NCBI GenBank assembly: GCA_039801225.1
Contig: JBDRUH010000001.1
Location: forward strand, 18,989 to 82,988
Origin: a candidate division WOR-3 bacterium
Lineage (GTDB): Bacteria > Hydrothermota > Tepidihabitantia > Tepidihabitantales > Tepidihabitantaceae
DNA length: 64,000 bases
Direction: 5' to 3'
A model generated the notes under the pieces. That model saw nothing but the letters and a program-made list of their open reading frames with translations, was not told where the DNA came from and ran no database searches. Position 1 is the first letter of the stretch. Each line of letters opens with the position of its first letter. This document shows positions 27,530 through 39,174 of this stretch, in pieces. A program made the position numbers and the translations under genes.

Positions 27530-29419
27530 ATGAGTAAAGTTATTGGTATTGACCTTGGAACAACATTCTCCTGTGTTGCGGTTATGGAGCGGGGGCAGCC
27601 AGTGGTTATCCCCAATCCCGAAGGTGGTAGAACAACACCTTCAGTTGTCGCAATAGGGAAGGAGCGACTGGTAGGAACTCTTGCCAAACGCCAGGCGGTA
27701 ATTAACCCGATGTCAACCGTTTACTCAATCAAGCGGTTTATGGGTAGGCGGTATGCCGAAGTTACCGAGGAGATTAAGCGGGTGCCTTTCCGGGTAGTAG
27801 AAGCGGCAAATGGCGATGCCTGGGTTGAGGTTGATGGCAAAAGGTTCTCACCACCTGAGATATCGGCGATGATTCTCTCCTACCTGAAGAAGGCGGCTGA
27901 ATCCTACCTCGGTGAGGCGGTAACCAAGGCGGTTATTACCGTTCCGGCCTATTTCAACGACTCCCAGCGCCAGGCGACAAAGGATGCCGGGAAAATAGCC
28001 GGGCTGGATGTTTTAAGAATCATCAATGAGCCAACCGCAGCCTCACTGGCTTATGGTTTGGACAAAAAGCGCTCCGAGCGGATTGCTGTTTACGATTTGG
28101 GTGGCGGAACTTTTGACATCTCAATCCTGGAGATCGGTGAGGGGGTTTTTGAGGTGCGTTCTACGAATGGCGACACCCACCTTGGTGGTGATGACATTGA
28201 CCAGCGGATAATGGACTGGATTATTGAGGAGTTCCGCCGCGAGCACGGCATTGACCTGTCCAAGGACAAAACCGCTTTACAGCGGATAAAGGAGGCGGCA
28301 GAAAAGGCGAAGTGTGAGCTTTCCACATCTCTGGAGACAACAATCAGCCTGCCATTTATCTGCGCCGATGAGAAAAAAGGTCCCTTGCACATTGATTATC
28401 GTCTGACCCGGGCAAAACTTGAATCACTGGTTGAAGACCTTCTCCAGAGAACTCTGGGACCGGTAAGACAGGCGTTAGAGGATGCCAAGATTACCCCGCG
28501 AGACATTGACGAGGTAATTTTAGTTGGCGGACAGACAAGGATGCCCAGAGTTCAGCAACTGGTGCGGGATTTCTTTGGCAGGGAGCCTCACAAGGGAATC
28601 AATCCGGATGAGGTGGTGGCGATTGGCGCGGCGATCCAGGGCGCGGTATTAGCCGGTGAAGTCAAGGATGTCGTGCTCTTAGATGTAACTCCACTTTCTT
28701 TGGGAATTGAGACCGCCGGGGGGGTATTCACCAAGATAATTGAGCGGAATACGACAATTCCGACCCGGAAGAGCCAGATATTTACCACCGTTGAAGACAA
28801 CCAGACTACGGTGCGCGTCCATGTCCTTCAAGGCGAACGGGAAATGGCCGCAGATAACCGAACATTGGGAATGTTTGACCTGGTGGGAATAACTCCAGCC
28901 CCGAGGGGAATTCCTCAGATTGAGGTAACTTTTGATATTGATGCCGACGGTATCCTCCATGTTACCGCAAAGGATAAGCTCACCGGCAAAGAGCAGAGTA
29001 TCAGAATTACCGCCTCCTCCGGATTGACCAAGGAGGAGATAGACCGGATGATCAGCGACGCCCAGGCGCATGCGGCTGAAGACCGGCGTCGTCGGGAAAT
29101 TATTGACAGCCGGAACCGGGCCGATACAATCATATACCAAACGGAAAAGAGCCTCAAAGATTTAGGCGACAAAGTAACCGCTGAGGAACGTCGGCAGATT
29201 GAAGCGGCAATCGCCCGCCTTAAGGAAGTGATGAAAGGAGATAATAAGCCGGCGATTGACTCGGCGGCTGAGGAGGTTCAACGATTAATGAGCAGTATGG
29301 GAGAGAGGCTCTATAAAGAGACCGCTACCGGTGGCAAAGAGACCGGGAAGACAAAGGGCGATTCAGAGAAAAAGGTTGAGGCGGATTATACGGTAATTGA
29401 TGAAGATGAGAAAAAGTAG
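27530..29419 (+). CDS. dnaK: Chaperone DnaK
   Basis: [31 protein letters not shown]. Confidence 0.98.
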   Translation: MSKVIGIDLGTTFSCVAVMERGQPVVIPNPEGGRTTPSVVAIGKERLVGTLAKRQAVINPMSTVYSIKRFMGRRYAEVTEEIKRVPFRVVEAANGDAWVEVDGKRFSPPEISAMILSYLKKAAESYLGEAVTKAVITVPAYFNDSQRQATKDAGKIAGLDVLRIINEPTAASLAYGLDKKRSERIAVYDLGGGTFDISILEIGEGVFEVRSTNGDTHLGGDDIDQRIMDWIIEEFRREHGIDLSKDKTALQRIKEAAEKAKCELSTSLETTISLPFICADEKKGPLHIDYRLTRAKLESLVEDLLQRTLGPVRQALEDAKITPRDIDEVILVGGQTRMPRVQQLVRDFFGREPHKGINPDEVVAIGAAIQGAVLAGEVKDVVLLDVTPLSLGIETAGGVFTKIIERNTTIPTRKSQIFTTVEDNQTTVRVHVLQGEREMAADNRTLGMFDLVGITPAPRGIPQIEVTFDIDADGILHVTAKDKLTGKEQSIRITASSGLTKEEIDRMISDAQAHAAEDRRRREIIDSRNRADTIIYQTEKSLKDLGDKVTAEERRQIEAAIARLKEVMKGDNKPAIDSAAEEVQRLMSSMGERLYKETATGGKETGKTKGDSEKKVEADYTVIDEDEKK

Positions 29420-29521
29420 GTTTAGTTAAAGGAGGTGAATTTTTCGCCGAGGCACTGGTAATGGTTCATATACGGTATTAGACCGGAGGTTATAGAACCA
29501 TTAGCCTTTAGTTTGTAAGGA

Positions 29522-30661
29522 ATGCCGACAACAAAACGGGACTATTATGAGGTTTTGGGAGTTTCACGGAACGCTACGCCAGAAGAGATAAAATCGGCAT
29601 ACCGTCGTCTGGCAAAAGAGTATCATCCCGACCGAAATCCCAATAACCGCCTTGAGGCAGAGGAAAAGTTCAAAGAACTGTCCGAGGCTTACGAAGTCCT
29701 CGCCGACCCTGAGAAACGCCGGCTTTATGATGCTTATGGGCATGAAGGTGTTTCCACCCAGTTCGGACCCGGAGGGTTTGATTTCCGGCGTCACTTCACC
29801 CATGAAGAGGACCTGGCGGATATCTTCAGTGACCTTTTCCGGGGATTCGGCACCGGCGGAGGAACAGGGAGTATATTTGACCTTCTGTTCGGAACGGAAA
29901 CAGCCCGAACCACCCGAACAGCCCGCGGGCGGAATATTGTTATCCGTCTCCGTTTAAATCTGGAGGAAATCGCCAATGGTGCCAATAAGGAAATCAAATT
30001 CTCCCGGTATGAAGTGTGCCCTGAGTGCCAGGGGGTAGGCGGCAGTGGCAGGACTATCTGCCCCACCTGTCATGGGCAGGGACGTATAAAACGGCAGACC
30101 AGTTCCTTCTTCGGTCAGTTTGTTCAAGTCTCCACCTGTCCTGATTGTGGCGGGAGCGGTGAAAGGGTGCGGAACCAGTGCCGAAGATGCGATGGAACCG
30201 GTAGAGTAAAAGAAAGTCGGACTCTGAAGGTGAAAATTCCTGCCGGGGTATCTTCGGAAACTCCGATTGTCCTGAATAACGAAGGTCACTGGGGACCGAG
30301 CGGTCCCGGCGATGTGATTATTCAAGTGGAGGAAAAGGAACATCCACTATTCATCCGCCAGGGGGATGATGTGATAGTAGAGGTGCCCGTGTCAATAGCC
30401 ACCGCGGTTTTAGGCGGAAGGGTAAAAGTGCCAACTCTCAGCGGGGTGAAGGAGATTGACCTACCGGCCGGAACCGCTTCCGGAACTGTCTTACGGCTCC
30501 GTGGAGCAGGAATAAAGCGTCTCGGAGGAGGTGTTGGTGACGAACTGGTGCGAATTGTAATTCACATTCCCAAACATCTTACCCGTGAGGAAAAGGCGCT
30601 TTATCGTCAACTAAGTGAGATTCAGTCCGAAGCGGTGCCCGAGCCGAGAAAACCAAAATAG
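29522..30661 (+). CDS. dnaJ: Chaperone DnaJ
   Basis: J-domain with HPD, G/F region, four CxxCxGxG repeats. Confidence 0.97.
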   Translation: MPTTKRDYYEVLGVSRNATPEEIKSAYRRLAKEYHPDRNPNNRLEAEEKFKELSEAYEVLADPEKRRLYDAYGHEGVSTQFGPGGFDFRRHFTHEEDLADIFSDLFRGFGTGGGTGSIFDLLFGTETARTTRTARGRNIVIRLRLNLEEIANGANKEIKFSRYEVCPECQGVGGSGRTICPTCHGQGRIKRQTSSFFGQFVQVSTCPDCGGSGERVRNQCRRCDGTGRVKESRTLKVKIPAGVSSETPIVLNNEGHWGPSGPGDVIIQVEEKEHPLFIRQGDDVIVEVPVSIATAVLGGRVKVPTLSGVKEIDLPAGTASGTVLRLRGAGIKRLGGGVGDELVRIVIHIPKHLTREEKALYRQLSEIQSEAVPEPRKPK

Positions 30662-30667
30662 TAATAA

Positions 30668-31390
30668 GTGGAAATTTTTTATATTCCTGATATAATTGAT
30701 AATACAGAATGGGTAACAATTACCGGTGCGGAGGCAAAGCACATCACTAAGGTTCTGCGCCACAAAGCGGGTGACGAACTGTTTGGTACCGACGGCAGGG
30801 GAAACGAGTTCCGACTAAGAATTGAGCAGACGCGCGGCACAACCATTATATGCCGAATTGTCGAAAAGAAAACCGGCAGGCGCGAACCGAAACATCGGCT
30901 GGCGTTAGCCCAGGCGTTACTGAAGGGCGACAAACTCTCTCAGGTGGTTGAGGGCGCTACTGAAGTGGGCGTAAACGAAATCATCCCTTTTGTCAGCAAG
31001 CGGGTTATTGGTAAAATGGGTGAAACAAAACGTCGGCGGCTGGAGAAGGTGGCGATAAGTGGGATGAAGTCCTCCTTGCGAACGGTGCTGCCTAAGATTG
31101 GTGAGGTGGTTGACATTCTTAGACTTTTAAAGCGCTTTGCCGAATTTAGCCAGGTACTGGTTGCTTATGAGGAAGAAAAGGAAACCGGGTTGGCACAGGT
31201 GCTAAAACGCGACATCCAGTCACTCTTACTCATTGTCGGTCCGGAAGGAGGGTTCACCGATGATGAGATTAAACAGATGAAGGAAGCCGGGGCAATCCCT
31301 TTTACCCTCGGTCCGAGAAGGTTGAAGGCGGAGACCGCTGCCCTGGTAGTAAGTAGTTTGTGTTTAGGTTTGTTAGGTGATTTGGGTTAA
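30668..31390 (+). CDS. rsmE: 16S rRNA m3U1498 methyltransferase
   Basis: HITKVLR, ATEVGV, VGPEGGF, LGPRRLKAETA. Confidence 0.93.
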   Translation: MEIFYIPDIIDNTEWVTITGAEAKHITKVLRHKAGDELFGTDGRGNEFRLRIEQTRGTTIICRIVEKKTGRREPKHRLALAQALLKGDKLSQVVEGATEVGVNEIIPFVSKRVIGKMGETKRRRLEKVAISGMKSSLRTVLPKIGEVVDILRLLKRFAEFSQVLVAYEEEKETGLAQVLKRDIQSLLLIVGPEGGFTDDEIKQMKEAGAIPFTLGPRRLKAETAALVVSSLCLGLLGDLG

Positions 31391-31415
31391 AAAAGAAAGG
31401 AGGTGTTAAAAATAA

Positions 31416-31610
31416 ATGGTAAGTATTACTGTCAAAGAAGGCGAACCTTACGAGAGTTTTATCCGTCGGTTTCGCCGGGCGTGTGAACAGGCGGGTATTC
31501 TGCGTGAGGTGAAGCGTCGCGAGTTTTACGAGAAACCGAGTGAGCGACGCAAGCGTAAACTGGCCGAAGCCCGCCGCCGCATCTATCGGAAGCAGCTATT
31601 GGAAAGATAA
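31416..31610 (+). CDS. rpsU: 30S ribosomal protein S21
   Basis: IRRFRR, REFYEKPS. Confidence 0.96.
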   Translation: MVSITVKEGEPYESFIRRFRRACEQAGILREVKRREFYEKPSERRKRKLAEARRRIYRKQLLER

Positions 31611-31713
31611 CCGAAGGAAAGGCAAATCTCAAAAGCCAAATGCAAAATTGGCGCGGTACACTCGTCCATTTTGGTCGGACAGAAATTTTTGTCTGTCATC
31701 ACGAGAGGTAGCA

Positions 31714-34086
31714 GTGGATAAAGAAACACTGAACGCCCTTGACTTTCCTCGCCTTAAGGAGATATTAGTGAATTTTTGCACCACCGAGTTGGGCAGAGAA
31801 AAAGCCCAACAGTTGATGCCCAATTTAACCCCAGCAGAAGCAAAACTGGAACTGGACCGGCTGGAGGAGGTCTTAGAACTAAACCAGGAACCACCGCTGA
31901 GCGGCATTGTTGACATCAGAACTTTAATTACCCAGGCACGGGTAGGAAGGGTATTAACCCCTGGAGAACTTCTGAAGGTTTATGCCACCTGTACCGGTCT
32001 GCGGGCAAGCGAGGAGTTTTTTCGACGTTACAAAAAAGACCAAAGAGCGCTGAGAGGAAAAAAAGAGCCGACCGCCAACGGCCGACAGCCGAACGAAGAA
32101 AGTGACCTTGGGTCTTTAGTAAATGATATTGTCTCATTCCCGGAACTGGAACAGGAGATTAAACGGGTGATTGACGAATCCGGAATGGTGCGCGACACCG
32201 CCAGCCCGAGGTTAGCAGAAGTTCGGAGTGAGTTAAAAGAACGGCGCAACCAACTGGTGGCACAATTGGAAAGAATGATTGAAACCAATCCAGATTGGTT
32301 TGAAGGACCGGTGATGGTTCGCCGGGAGCGGTTTGTTCTGCCGGTAAAGTTACCCGAAAAGAACCGGGTCCCGGGAGTGGTTCATTCGGTATCGGACACC
32401 GGTCAAACGGTGTTTATTGAGCCGTTAACCACCATCCCGGAGCAGAACCGACTCCAAGAATTGCGCGACGCCGAGAAGGAGGAGATAAACCGACTTCTGC
32501 GCGACCTGTCGGCAAAAGTGGCCACCTTTGAGACAGAGCTAAGCCGAGCATTGGACCGGGTTGCCGCTCTGGACCTGCTTATTGCCAAACGCCGGCTGGC
32601 GATAAAATTCAACTGCCATAAACCAATCATTACCGATGAAGGAAAAATAGAATTAGTCCAGGCAAGACACCCGCTCCTTCTCCTCCATAAACAGGAGGTC
32701 GTTCCCTTAGACCTTCGTTTCCCTGATGGGGTAAATGTTGTCATTGTTTCTGGACCGAATGCCGGCGGAAAGACGGTGGTTCTAAAAACCTTGGGGCTTT
32801 GCAGTCTATTGCTCAAAGCCGGGATGTTTGTCCCGGCAGCCTCAGGAACAAAGTTACCTTTCTTTGAGAAGATTTTTGCCGATATCGGTGACGAGCAGTC
32901 GCTTGAGGCGGATATGTCCTCATTTACCGCCCATCTGAAACGGCTAAAAGAAATTCTCCTTGAGGCGGATGGACGAAGTTTAGTTTTAATTGACGAAATT
33001 GGTGCCGCCACCGCCCCTGAAGAAGGTGCCGCGCTGGCGATCGCGGTCTTGGAAGAGTTACGGAATCGGCAAATTTCCACTGTTGCCACCACCCATTTCA
33101 ACACCCTTAAACTCTTTGCCCGGAATGAGCCCGGGATGGTGAATGCGGCGATGGAGTTTCAAAACCGACCGACCTATCGGCTGATAATGGGAGTGCCGGG
33201 AGAGTCAAGCGCGTTTGAAATCGCCGAAAGTCTGGGTTTCCCAGCTCAGCTATTGGCGCGGGCAAAGATGCGGCTGGGCAAAGAGTGGCTTGACTTAAGT
33301 GCCAAATTAAGAACGCTTGACAAAAAATTACAGGAGGTGGAAAAGGAACGAGGCGAATTAAGGACGGAGAGAAGCCGTGTTGAACAACTGGCAAAGGAAT
33401 ATCAGACGAAATTAGGGGAATTTGAAATTTGGCGAAAGGAGCAGATGGCTCACCTCCACGAGGAGGAGGAGCGCTTCCTTAAGGAAACTCGCCGCCAGGT
33501 GGAAAATCTGATTCGGGAATTGAGGGAAGAAAAGGCAAACCATAAAAGTATCGTCCGGGCAAAGCGGTATATTGAGGAGCGACTGAGTCAATTGAGTAAG
33601 GAACCAATCAGCCAACAGCCGGCTATGACCGGGGAAAGTCTGGCGATAGGCGATGTGGTGGAGTCAAGATTATTTCACCGCCAGGGTCAGATAATAGAGT
33701 TGAAAGGAAACCGGGCGGTGGTGGCGTTTGGCAATATCAAAACGGAGTTGGACATCCGCGACCTAAACCCAGCCGTCAGCCCTCAGCCGACAGCCAACCG
33801 CGGACAGCCGAATGAAGAACAATATGAGTTTATCCCCAGGCTGAATGTCCGGGGAATGACCAAAGAGGATGCGGTGAATGCGCTTAACCGCTTTCTTGAG
33901 GAGGCAACCATCGCCAGAGTAAATGAGTTATCAATTCTTCATGGAAAAGGAACCGGTGCCCTGCGCTCAATCATCTGGCGTCGGTTGAAACAGGATAAAC
34001 GGGTTATGGAGGTCAGATTTGCCGAGCCGGCGGAAGGCGGAATGGGTGTAACATTGGTCAGGCTGAGGTTAAGTAGTAATGATTAA
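31714..34086 (+). CDS. mutS2: MutS2 family ATPase with Smr domain
   Basis: ARHPLL, SGPNAGGKT, DIGDEQS, DEIGAATAPEEG, TTH, Smr ILHGKGTGAL; GTG start after GAGG. Confidence 0.93.
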   Translation: MDKETLNALDFPRLKEILVNFCTTELGREKAQQLMPNLTPAEAKLELDRLEEVLELNQEPPLSGIVDIRTLITQARVGRVLTPGELLKVYATCTGLRASEEFFRRYKKDQRALRGKKEPTANGRQPNEESDLGSLVNDIVSFPELEQEIKRVIDESGMVRDTASPRLAEVRSELKERRNQLVAQLERMIETNPDWFEGPVMVRRERFVLPVKLPEKNRVPGVVHSVSDTGQTVFIEPLTTIPEQNRLQELRDAEKEEINRLLRDLSAKVATFETELSRALDRVAALDLLIAKRRLAIKFNCHKPIITDEGKIELVQARHPLLLLHKQEVVPLDLRFPDGVNVVIVSGPNAGGKTVVLKTLGLCSLLLKAGMFVPAASGTKLPFFEKIFADIGDEQSLEADMSSFTAHLKRLKEILLEADGRSLVLIDEIGAATAPEEGAALAIAVLEELRNRQISTVATTHFNTLKLFARNEPGMVNAAMEFQNRPTYRLIMGVPGESSAFEIAESLGFPAQLLARAKMRLGKEWLDLSAKLRTLDKKLQEVEKERGELRTERSRVEQLAKEYQTKLGEFEIWRKEQMAHLHEEEERFLKETRRQVENLIRELREEKANHKSIVRAKRYIEERLSQLSKEPISQQPAMTGESLAIGDVVESRLFHRQGQIIELKGNRAVVAFGNIKTELDIRDLNPAVSPQPTANRGQPNEEQYEFIPRLNVRGMTKEDAVNALNRFLEEATIARVNELSILHGKGTGALRSIIWRRLKQDKRVMEVRFAEPAEGGMGVTLVRLRLSSND

Positions 34087-35761
34087 ACCCGAGGTGATTG
34101 AACAAATCCGCGAAGAGACCGATATTGTTGCCTTGGTGGGTAGTTACCTGCCGTTAAAAAAGGTGGGCAGAAATTATCGGGGGTTGTGCCCATTCCACTC
34201 GGAGCGGTCACCGTCGTTTTATGTAAGTCCAGAGCGACAGTCCTATCACTGTTTTGGCTGTGGGGCAGGGGGTAATGCGTTCACTTTTATAATGGCTTAC
34301 GAAAAAGTGGACTTCCCTGAAGCGGTAAAAATTCTTGCTAAACGATTGGGCATTAAAGTAGCCGAAACCTTCTCTTATGGGAACCAACCACTTTATGAGG
34401 TATTAGAGTTAGTAGCCCGATTCTTTGAAGAGAATTTAACCAAATCAATAGAGGCACAAAGTTATCTAAAAAAACGCGGCTTGAGCCGGGCAACTATCAA
34501 GCGGTTTCGTCTCGGATTTGCACCGGCGGGCAATCTCCTGCGCGGCGCCGGGAAAAAATTGGGGGTCTCGGAAGAGCATCTTCTCCGCGCCGGGCTTTTG
34601 TTTAAGAAGGAAAACGGTCTTATTGACTATTTCCGCGAGCGAATTGTCTTCCCGATATTCTCGCCCTCCGGTAAGATAATTGGTTTCAGCGGCAGAGTGC
34701 TTGATGATAGCGAACCGAAGTATTTGAATTCACCCGATAGTCCGGTATTTCATAAAGGAGAAATCCTCTATGGGTTTTTCCAAGCAAAGGGCTATATTAG
34801 AGAGGAAGTACCGATTTTGGTTGAGGGGAATTTTGACCTACTTTCTTTAGTAGAACGGGGTATCAACAATGTGGTTGCCCCCTTAGGAACCGCATTAACT
34901 GTTAATCAGGCGCTGTTACTAAGACGCTATAATCGCCAGGTTTTCTTATGTTTTGATGGCGATGAGGCGGGAGAGAAAGCCTGCCGAAGGACAATAGAGG
35001 TATTTTTGCGCGCCGGCGTTGAGCCACAAATAATGAAGTTGCCCGAAGGAAGAGACCCTGATAGTTACATCCGGGAGGCAGGTATTGAAGGGTTCTCCCT
35101 CCTTATGCGCCAGGCGGTTGATTTTGTTGACTTCATAGTAGGGATGAAGCGAGGCAAAACCGTAGGTGAAAAGCGAGGTGTTATCAGTGAACTGGCAGGA
35201 CTGGTGCGAATAATGAGCGATGAGACCGCTCGGGAGTTGTTCGCTAATAAGATCGCCCAGTTGTTTCAAATTAATCGGCATCTAATCCTCTCCGGCGATA
35301 GCGGGGAGAGACTCGGACCCGATTCGGGTAAGGAGCAAAGAGGTGTACCAGTTTCTTTAAACAGAGGGATAGAAGAGAAATTTGTCGCGGCAGCGAGTCA
35401 GGATAAAAACCTTGCCCAGATCGCCCGAGAGTTAAAACTTTCGGAAATGGTTGAGGATGAATGTTTAAAAAGGATAGCCCGGCTTATAGAAAACCATTAT
35501 GATAAATCCGGGTTTGGACTCGCCTTGTTAATTGATATGATGGAGGACGAAGCGGATCGTTCGCGGATCGCCCAGTGGGCGTTTACCGAAACAAACCTGC
35601 CTAAAGAAGAGGAGTTTCGCATCCGTCTGCAACGATTTCGTGCCCGATGGCTCCATAGGCAGATTGAGGCGGCACATCGGGCGGGTAAAGAAAAAGAGGT
35701 GGAAAGCCTCGCCAGGGAACGAGAGGTATTATTGAAAGATGTTGTCAAAAAAGAGGGGTAA
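34079..35761 (+). CDS. dnaG: DNA primase
   Basis: [39 protein letters not shown]. Confidence 0.97.
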   Translation: MIKPEVIEQIREETDIVALVGSYLPLKKVGRNYRGLCPFHSERSPSFYVSPERQSYHCFGCGAGGNAFTFIMAYEKVDFPEAVKILAKRLGIKVAETFSYGNQPLYEVLELVARFFEENLTKSIEAQSYLKKRGLSRATIKRFRLGFAPAGNLLRGAGKKLGVSEEHLLRAGLLFKKENGLIDYFRERIVFPIFSPSGKIIGFSGRVLDDSEPKYLNSPDSPVFHKGEILYGFFQAKGYIREEVPILVEGNFDLLSLVERGINNVVAPLGTALTVNQALLLRRYNRQVFLCFDGDEAGEKACRRTIEVFLRAGVEPQIMKLPEGRDPDSYIREAGIEGFSLLMRQAVDFVDFIVGMKRGKTVGEKRGVISELAGLVRIMSDETARELFANKIAQLFQINRHLILSGDSGERLGPDSGKEQRGVPVSLNRGIEEKFVAAASQDKNLAQIARELKLSEMVEDECLKRIARLIENHYDKSGFGLALLIDMMEDEADRSRIAQWAFTETNLPKEEEFRIRLQRFRARWLHRQIEAAHRAGKEKEVESLAREREVLLKDVVKKEG

Positions 35762-35762
35762 T

Positions 35763-37430
35763 ATGAAAAAGAATAAAGATAATTTGCCAAAGCGACTTTT
35801 GTTTAAAAAAGCCCGAGACCAGGAAACTGAAACCGGCGAAGATAACGACTTTCAGTTGCCCAACTGGCTGGAAAAGGTCTACAAAAAGGCGGCGGCAGAC
35901 CGCCAGATTACCTACGATGAGCTGGAGGAGTTACTCCCGGATGAGGTCCTTATGGTACCCGAAAGACTGGAAGAGGTTATCGCCGACTTGGACCGCAACG
36001 GCATCCAGATGACCGACTCTCATCTGGGAAAAAGTTCCCTCCAGCGCGGACTCAAACCGGTAGTGCAGCGGACCGATGACCCGACCAAGGCATATTTCCG
36101 GGAACTGGCAAAACTGCCACTCTTGGATCGAGAGGATGAGGTAAAATATTCCCGAGAGATGGAGGAGGGCTATAAAAATCTCATCCAGTATTTGTTTGAG
36201 CCGGTGCCGATGATGCTCCGGCTAATAGAGGAGTGTAAACCAGTAGAGGAAGGGACACGCTCTCTTGACCAGGTTGCCCGGGTGGAGTTTGAATGTTTGT
36301 TTGATAAGAAGGCGCTATCACGAGAAAGGGTTAAATTTATTCGCTGCCTCCGGGATATCAGACGAATCGCCGAACAGATTAGCCTCCTTTCCGCTCGCCC
36401 CACAACGCCGAAAGTTAAAAAGGAGATTGCCCACCTGCGCCACCGCGCCTTTAACCGGATTCAAGCCCTTTCCCTCCAGCACCATATCATCAATAACTTT
36501 CTGGTGCAGTTTAAGGAGTTGGCAAAACAGGCTCAGGAATATTACGAACGCTTAAAGAACCTCCGGGAAGAAGGAAAAGAGAAGAGTGAAGAGGCAAAGG
36601 CGTTAAAGAGCAAACTGAAAGAGATACAGAAATTTTTGGGGAAAAACCCGAACCAGCTCAAGGGGATTCTGGCAGCGATGACCGAATGCGAAGAACGAAT
36701 CCTTGCTGCCCGGGATAAAATGATAGAAGGAAATGTCCGACTGGTAATCTCAATCGCTAAACGCTATATCAATCGCGGGCTGGAATTCGCTGATTTATTA
36801 GAGGAAGGAAATGTCGGTCTGATTAAGGCGGTGGAAAAATTCAATTATCGGAAAGGATTCAAGTTTTCCACCTATGCCACCTGGTGGATTAAACAGGCAA
36901 TAACCCGGGCGATTGCCGACCAGTCTCGCACGGTAAGGGTTCCAGCGCACATTATTGATGCAATTAATAAAGTGGCAAAAATCCAGCGCCGTTTTATGCA
37001 GACCTGCGGCAGGGAAGCAACAACCGCTGAACTTGCTCAACGGCTTTCCACACCAAAAGAGAAGTTGGAGGCATTAGGAAAAATCGCCCAATTTGGTGTC
37101 TCAATAGACAAGCCGATCGACGAAGAGGAATCAAGTTTCATTGGCGATTTTATCCATGACGACAAAACCGTCTCTCCTTCCCATCGGGCGGCAGTGGAAC
37201 TCTTGGGCGAAAAATTAGAAATGGCTTTACGCACCCTCACCCGCCGCGAAGAAAAGGTATTACGACTGCGCTTCGGAATGGGGGATGGTCAACCCCGAAC
37301 CCTGGAAGAGGTCGGGCAGATATTCAATATCACCCGCGAGCGGGTCCGACAGATTGAGGCCAAGGCGTTGAGGAAATTACCCCATCTTTTAAGTAGCAGT
37401 GATATTCAAGAGTTGCTGAAACTTTTATAA
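35763..37430 (+). CDS. rpoD: Primary sigma factor (sigma70)
   Basis: [55 protein letters not shown]. Confidence 0.95.
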   Translation: MKKNKDNLPKRLLFKKARDQETETGEDNDFQLPNWLEKVYKKAAADRQITYDELEELLPDEVLMVPERLEEVIADLDRNGIQMTDSHLGKSSLQRGLKPVVQRTDDPTKAYFRELAKLPLLDREDEVKYSREMEEGYKNLIQYLFEPVPMMLRLIEECKPVEEGTRSLDQVARVEFECLFDKKALSRERVKFIRCLRDIRRIAEQISLLSARPTTPKVKKEIAHLRHRAFNRIQALSLQHHIINNFLVQFKELAKQAQEYYERLKNLREEGKEKSEEAKALKSKLKEIQKFLGKNPNQLKGILAAMTECEERILAARDKMIEGNVRLVISIAKRYINRGLEFADLLEEGNVGLIKAVEKFNYRKGFKFSTYATWWIKQAITRAIADQSRTVRVPAHIIDAINKVAKIQRRFMQTCGREATTAELAQRLSTPKEKLEALGKIAQFGVSIDKPIDEEESSFIGDFIHDDKTVSPSHRAAVELLGEKLEMALRTLTRREEKVLRLRFGMGDGQPRTLEEVGQIFNITRERVRQIEAKALRKLPHLLSSSDIQELLKLL

Positions 37431-37432
37431 AA

Positions 37433-37903
37433 ATGTTCCTCGGAATTATCTCCGATACCCACGATAACTTGGACCGGGTGCGATCTGCTGTGACACTTTT
37501 CAACCGGCTGGGCGTTGACCAGGTAGTCCATTGCGGTGACATCATTGCCCAATTTGTCTTGAGTGAATTTGTTCTATTAAAGGCACCTTTGACTATTGTA
37601 CTGGGCAATTGTGACGGTGATAAGGAAGCGTTAAGAAAAAGAGCCGCGGAACTGAAAATCAAAATAAATGACCCTCCTTGGGAATTTACATCAGGAGGAA
37701 AGAAACTCTTTGTTACTCATAAGCCTGCAGAACCGATTCCAGATTGCGATTACTACATCTATGGTCATACCCACCGGTGCCGATACGAACCCGGAAAACC
37801 GTTAATAATAAACCCTGGCGAGGCATGTGGTTGGCTAAGCGGTAGAGGCACTGTCGCGGTCCTGAATACCGAATCGGATGAGGTGAAATTTTTTGACCTG
37901 TAA
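37433..37903 (+). CDS. YfcE-family metallophosphoesterase
   Basis: SDTH, HCGD, GNCD, GHTH, NPG motifs. Confidence 0.9.
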   Translation: MFLGIISDTHDNLDRVRSAVTLFNRLGVDQVVHCGDIIAQFVLSEFVLLKAPLTIVLGNCDGDKEALRKRAAELKIKINDPPWEFTSGGKKLFVTHKPAEPIPDCDYYIYGHTHRCRYEPGKPLIINPGEACGWLSGRGTVAVLNTESDEVKFFDL

Positions 37904-38609
37904 CCGAGAAAAAATTAGTGAAGAAATCGTCCCGGGGTTGTATGTAGTTTCTACCCCGATTGGCAACCTGAAAGACATAACCTATCGGGCACTGAATGTC
38001 CTTGCTCAGGTAGACCTTATTGCCTGCGAAGATACCCGGCGGACCGGTCTGCTCCTTAAGCACTTTGGCATTGAAAATCGCCTTCTCCCATATCATGAGT
38101 ATAACAAAGTCCGTCAAACACCAATTATTCTTAACCTTTTAACTCAGGGGAAATCGGTGGCGCTGGTAAGTGACGCCGGAACCCCGGGAATTTCTGACCC
38201 GGGATTCTACTTAATTCGGGCGGCGGCGGAACGAGGCGTTCGGATCGTTCCGGTTCCTGGCGCTTCAGCACTGCTGGCTGCCCTAGTCGTCTCCGGTTTG
38301 CCATCTGACCGTTTTGCCTTTGAGGGGTTTTTACCCAAACGCGCAGGAAGGCGCCGAAAACGGCTCCTCTCGCTTATTAAGGAAACAAGGACGATGGTTT
38401 TTTGCGAATCGGCTCGGCGGGTCAGGCGGTTTCTTGAAGAGATAGAGGAGTTGTTCGGGGAAAGGAGGGTGGTGGTATGCCGGGAACTTACCAAAAAATT
38501 TGAAGAGGTCATAAGGGGAACGCCGTCGGAAATACTCTCGGAAATCAAAGACAGGGAACTAAAGGGTGAAGTTGTTGTCGTGGTAGCCGGCTATGAGGAA
38601 CAAAACTAA
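37893..38609 (+). CDS. rsmI: 16S rRNA C1402 2'-O-methyltransferase
   Basis: LYVVSTPIGNLKDIT, ACEDTR, VSDAGTPGISDPG, RELTKKFEE. Confidence 0.95.
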   Translation: MTCNREKISEEIVPGLYVVSTPIGNLKDITYRALNVLAQVDLIACEDTRRTGLLLKHFGIENRLLPYHEYNKVRQTPIILNLLTQGKSVALVSDAGTPGISDPGFYLIRAAAERGVRIVPVPGASALLAALVVSGLPSDRFAFEGFLPKRAGRRRKRLLSLIKETRTMVFCESARRVRRFLEEIEELFGERRVVVCRELTKKFEEVIRGTPSEILSEIKDRELKGEVVVVVAGYEEQN

Positions 38610-39174
38610 AACCATTGGCAGAAGACTATTACATCCAGCGGTAAAAGTTTTGGCCTCTCTCCACGTCAGTCCCACAGCGGTTACTTTAACCGCATTGCCT
38701 TTAAGTATCGGTGCCGCAATTCTCTTTTCTCAAGGGTTATTTACCTGGGCGGGCATCACCGTATTTCTTGCCGGGCTATGTGACACCTTAGATGGTGAAA
38801 TTTCTCGCCTTACCGGAAAAACCTCCTCAATTGGTGCCTTCCTTGATTCTACTGTTGATCGGGCAAGTGAGGGGATTGTCCTTATCGGCATCGCCTGGTA
38901 TTACCTTCCGTTCAGCCGTTTTGGGGTAATAACCGCCTTCCTTGCTCTCCTCTTTTCTCTTTTGGTAAGTTACGCCCGGGCTCGGGCTGAAGGAATAGGA
39001 ACGATTTGCACCGTTGGGGTATTTGAAAGACCGGTCCGGGTTGCTATTTTAGTCTTCAGTGCGCTCCTCTTAGGCAAAAGCTACTTACCTTGGGGACTCC
39101 TCCTCATTGCCCTCGGTAGTTTCATTACCTTTCTTCAAAGGATTTATTGGACCGTAAAACACCAGCGGCGATGA
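38593..39174 (+). CDS. CDP-alcohol phosphatidyltransferase
   Basis: DTLDGEISR...GAFLDSTVDR signature; SYARARAE. Confidence 0.92.
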   Translation: MRNKTKTIGRRLLHPAVKVLASLHVSPTAVTLTALPLSIGAAILFSQGLFTWAGITVFLAGLCDTLDGEISRLTGKTSSIGAFLDSTVDRASEGIVLIGIAWYYLPFSRFGVITAFLALLFSLLVSYARARAEGIGTICTVGVFERPVRVAILVFSALLLGKSYLPWGLLLIALGSFITFLQRIYWTVKHQRR

